This document shows positions 62,228 through 64,000 of a DNA stretch of 64,000 bases, one piece after another. The translations under genes were made by a program, and so were the position numbers. A model generated the notes under the pieces. It saw only the letters and a list, made by a program, of their open reading frames with translations. It was not told where the DNA came from and made no database searches. The DNA comes from Meyerozyma guilliermondii (lineage: Eukaryota): contig CP128818.1 of assembly GCA_051546255.1 (NCBI GenBank), forward strand, positions 806,001 to 870,000, given 5' to 3'. Each line of letters opens with the position of its first letter. Positions within the stretch are counted from its first letter, which is position 1.

Positions 62228-63014
62228 TTATACAATTTTTTGCTTGACGAAGAACGACTTCAAGTGGCGCAATTGGTAGGTGCAAGTGCCGATCAACACA
62301 AACAACTGGATAAATGTCCACTTGACCACACGGGAGTTGGTGGCTTCCGATTGGTCTCTGAATACGGTTTCTCTTAATCTCATTTGTTCCTGTTCGTTGT
62401 GGATCTCCTCCAATTTTCTGTTCAACAGTTGCACCTTGAGCGTCAACAGGTCCACCTTGTGTGTAGTCTTGGAGTCGACGTAGTCGTGGGCGGAACCTTG
62501 GGCCACGTCGAAGAAAATCCGGTGTTTTTGACCAGAATTACCGTCGCGATAAACCGGCGTGAGACAGATTTTGTGCTCGCCGGTATCGAGCGAGGTGAAC
62601 GTGAAGTCACCAGTATGGGATGCTCTCTGGGTGACGACTCTGTGGTCGTTGTCGAATGTTTCCTGAGTTAGTGAAAGGAAGGAGAAGAAGAAGAAGAAGA
62701 AGAAGAAGAAGAAGGAGAAAAGGGAGCGAAATGAAATCGAATTCGAATTGTCATTGTATCGCTCATCGCTCGTGCCCTCGCTCTTCACTCATTATACTTA
62801 CGTCAACCGTGAACTCAACGTTCAAATTGGGATTTTTTAAATACATTCCCAGCTGTTGGTTGTATTCAAAGGCGTCGATTCGGCCAACAACCAAAGTGTT
62901 CAGAGGCAACTCCTCGAAAAAACAACGAGTCTCGCCCGTGCTCAAATAGAAGTGCAACGCATTCACGTTCACTAGAAGAAAAAATATGGCTCCCAACACG
63001 CCTATTGATTGCAT
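62228..63014 (-). CDS. ERP5: p24-alpha (GOLD domain) cargo receptor (exons 63014-62802, 62662-62228)
   Basis: Signal peptide, LHFYL..CFFEELP; splice GAC|GTAAGT..CACTAAC TCAG|GAA joins FTVD to ETFDNDHRVV; FRDQSEATNSRV, TM segment, FFVKQKIV tail. The paralogue name is uncertain. Confidence 0.9.
62663..62801 (-). other. 139-nt intron of the p24 gene
   Basis: GTAAGT donor at 62801, CACTAAC branch at 62673-62667, CAG acceptor ending at 62663. Confidence 0.92.
62684..62713. repeat. (GAA)10 microsatellite within the p24 intron
   Basis: Ten perfect GAA units counted. Confidence 0.95.
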
Positions 63015-63174
63015 GATAGTGATCGAGTGAAGAAAAGTTGAACGCGTGTCCAGACAAGGTATGCAGGGCGGTGTGTGCAGGACGATGGCTGCAAAGAATA
63101 GATCTAATTCACTACTCACTACACCACACTAATCTTGACTAATCTTGACTACTCTTCATCTTCTTAATATTTGG

Positions 63175-64000
63175 CTACTTCTTTCTTCTTTTAATCTTCT
63201 CCACGAGCGAAGTGAGTTCTCCCTTACTTTCCTTATCGCTGGTTCTCTTCTTCTTTCCATTTTGCTTCCGATTCGATCTCTCCTTCAAAATCTTTTTCAT
63301 GGTGTTGGTGCCCTTAAACTCAGAGCTGGTTGGATCAATGGCAAAGTCGTGGTCCTCGAAAACCTCCTTGAAACGAGGATCCGACAAGTCGGCTTCAAAG
63401 TTGTCTTGAGGAATTTCTTCCTTTTGTCCTCGGCTCTTTTTATCCTTCTTCTTTTCTGCCTTGACAATCTCCTTCATATTGAAGTGCTGGGGCTGTTTTT
63501 CGCCTTCTTCCATCATCAAAAGCTCCAATTCGGCCTTGGAGCGCTCCTCGTCCACAGCTTCGTTCTCATCGGTCTTTTCAGATTTCTTGAGTTTCTCCAT
63601 TCTTCGCTTTCTACGCTCTTTCTCCTTCCGCCTGTATGCATCGATGGTGGTTTCCTCTTCTTCCTTGGCTGGTTCTGGTGGTTTTTGCTCGTCCAAGCCA
63701 GGCGTGAATGTGATTTCCATATCCACATCGTCTTCACTGTCACTTTTGTCGAACGTTCCTCCCAAAAGATTCTTGTACTTGTTCAGACTTTTTTCATCTT
63801 CACTGTCACTATCCGATGCTAAGTATGCCTTGAAATCCATTTCATCGATTTCCTTCTGCGAAAATGGCCTCGAGGAAACCGCAAGTCTTTCCTTGGGGGT
63901 TTCGTCCCACGTCAACTTGACTTTAGAATGCTGTAATGCATCAGTAACGAAAGCCGCACTGGGCTTATAGTTTGTAGGCAATGTGTCACATTGGTCTTTT
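63175..64000 (-). CDS. ESF1: Pre-rRNA processing protein Esf1, 5'-truncated by window edge
   Basis: ALQHSKVKLTWDET, DFKAYLAS, DMEITFTPGL, NUC153 motif DPRFKEVFEDHDFAIDPT; frame open to the window edge. Confidence 0.95.
   Translation of the reverse strand, partial: KDQCDTLPTNYKPSAAFVTDALQHSKVKLTWDETPKERLAVSSRPFSQKEIDEMDFKAYLASDSDSEDEKSLNKYKNLLGGTFDKSDSEDDVDMEITFTPGLDEQKPPEPAKEEEETTIDAYRRKEKERRKRRMEKLKKSEKTDENEAVDEERSKAELELLMMEEGEKQPQHFNMKEIVKAEKKKDKKSRGQKEEIPQDNFEADLSDPRFKEVFEDHDFAIDPTSSEFKGTNTMKKILKERSNRKQNGKKKRTSDKESKGELTSLVEKIKRRKK

Noticed and set aside
62228..62788. Poly-Phe N-terminus (and antisense poly-Arg ORF) at the p24 locus
   Set aside because: Translation of the intronic (TTC)n repeat; it is removed by splicing.

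Overview
This is a gene-dense window (about 37 protein genes in 64 kb) from a budding yeast of the CUG-Ser (CTG) clade. CTG codons fall on invariant Ser positions in HSL1, YPK1, TCP1, VCX1 and UPC2, so the supplied ORF translations mis-read them as Leu. The organism is tentatively Meyerozyma (Pichia) guilliermondii-like, which is not provable from the window alone. Most of the window is conserved core genes: MAK21 (partial), atypical RAS2, PKC1, SEA4, HSL1, YPK1, MRPL28, EAF6, ENO1, BNA5, APS3, CBP4, UPC2, CDC42, CHK1, GCF1, TCP1, a PCL cyclin, VCX1, ERG1, GCD6, RCF3, CTR2, an intron-containing tRNA-Ile(UAU), UTP6, ADA2, RPS17, TDA3, BIG1, a PRY-like gene, APE4, a CYN1-like permease, ESC2, TFC6, UBA4, a p24 gene and ESF1 (partial). 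Four spliceosomal introns missed by the ORF track were reconstructed by hand (43, 45, 59 and 139 nt). Signals not explained by the core genes are: a probable 362-bp retrotransposon LTR packed with GCGAAGC mini-hairpin motifs and preceded by a purine-rich tract (50.9-51.3 kb); a degenerate leucine-rich-repeat pseudogene (55.0-55.8 kb); a TGAAAC-containing minisatellite between convergent genes (35.9-36.2 kb); a 17-nt tail-to-tail CDS overlap; helically phased TGCRA arrays; a recurrent GGCTGCRAA promoter motif; an orphan Pol III B-box; and Upc2 sites upstream of both UPC2 and ERG1. I found no clearly novel multi-gene system. The leads below are candidates, not demonstrated discoveries.
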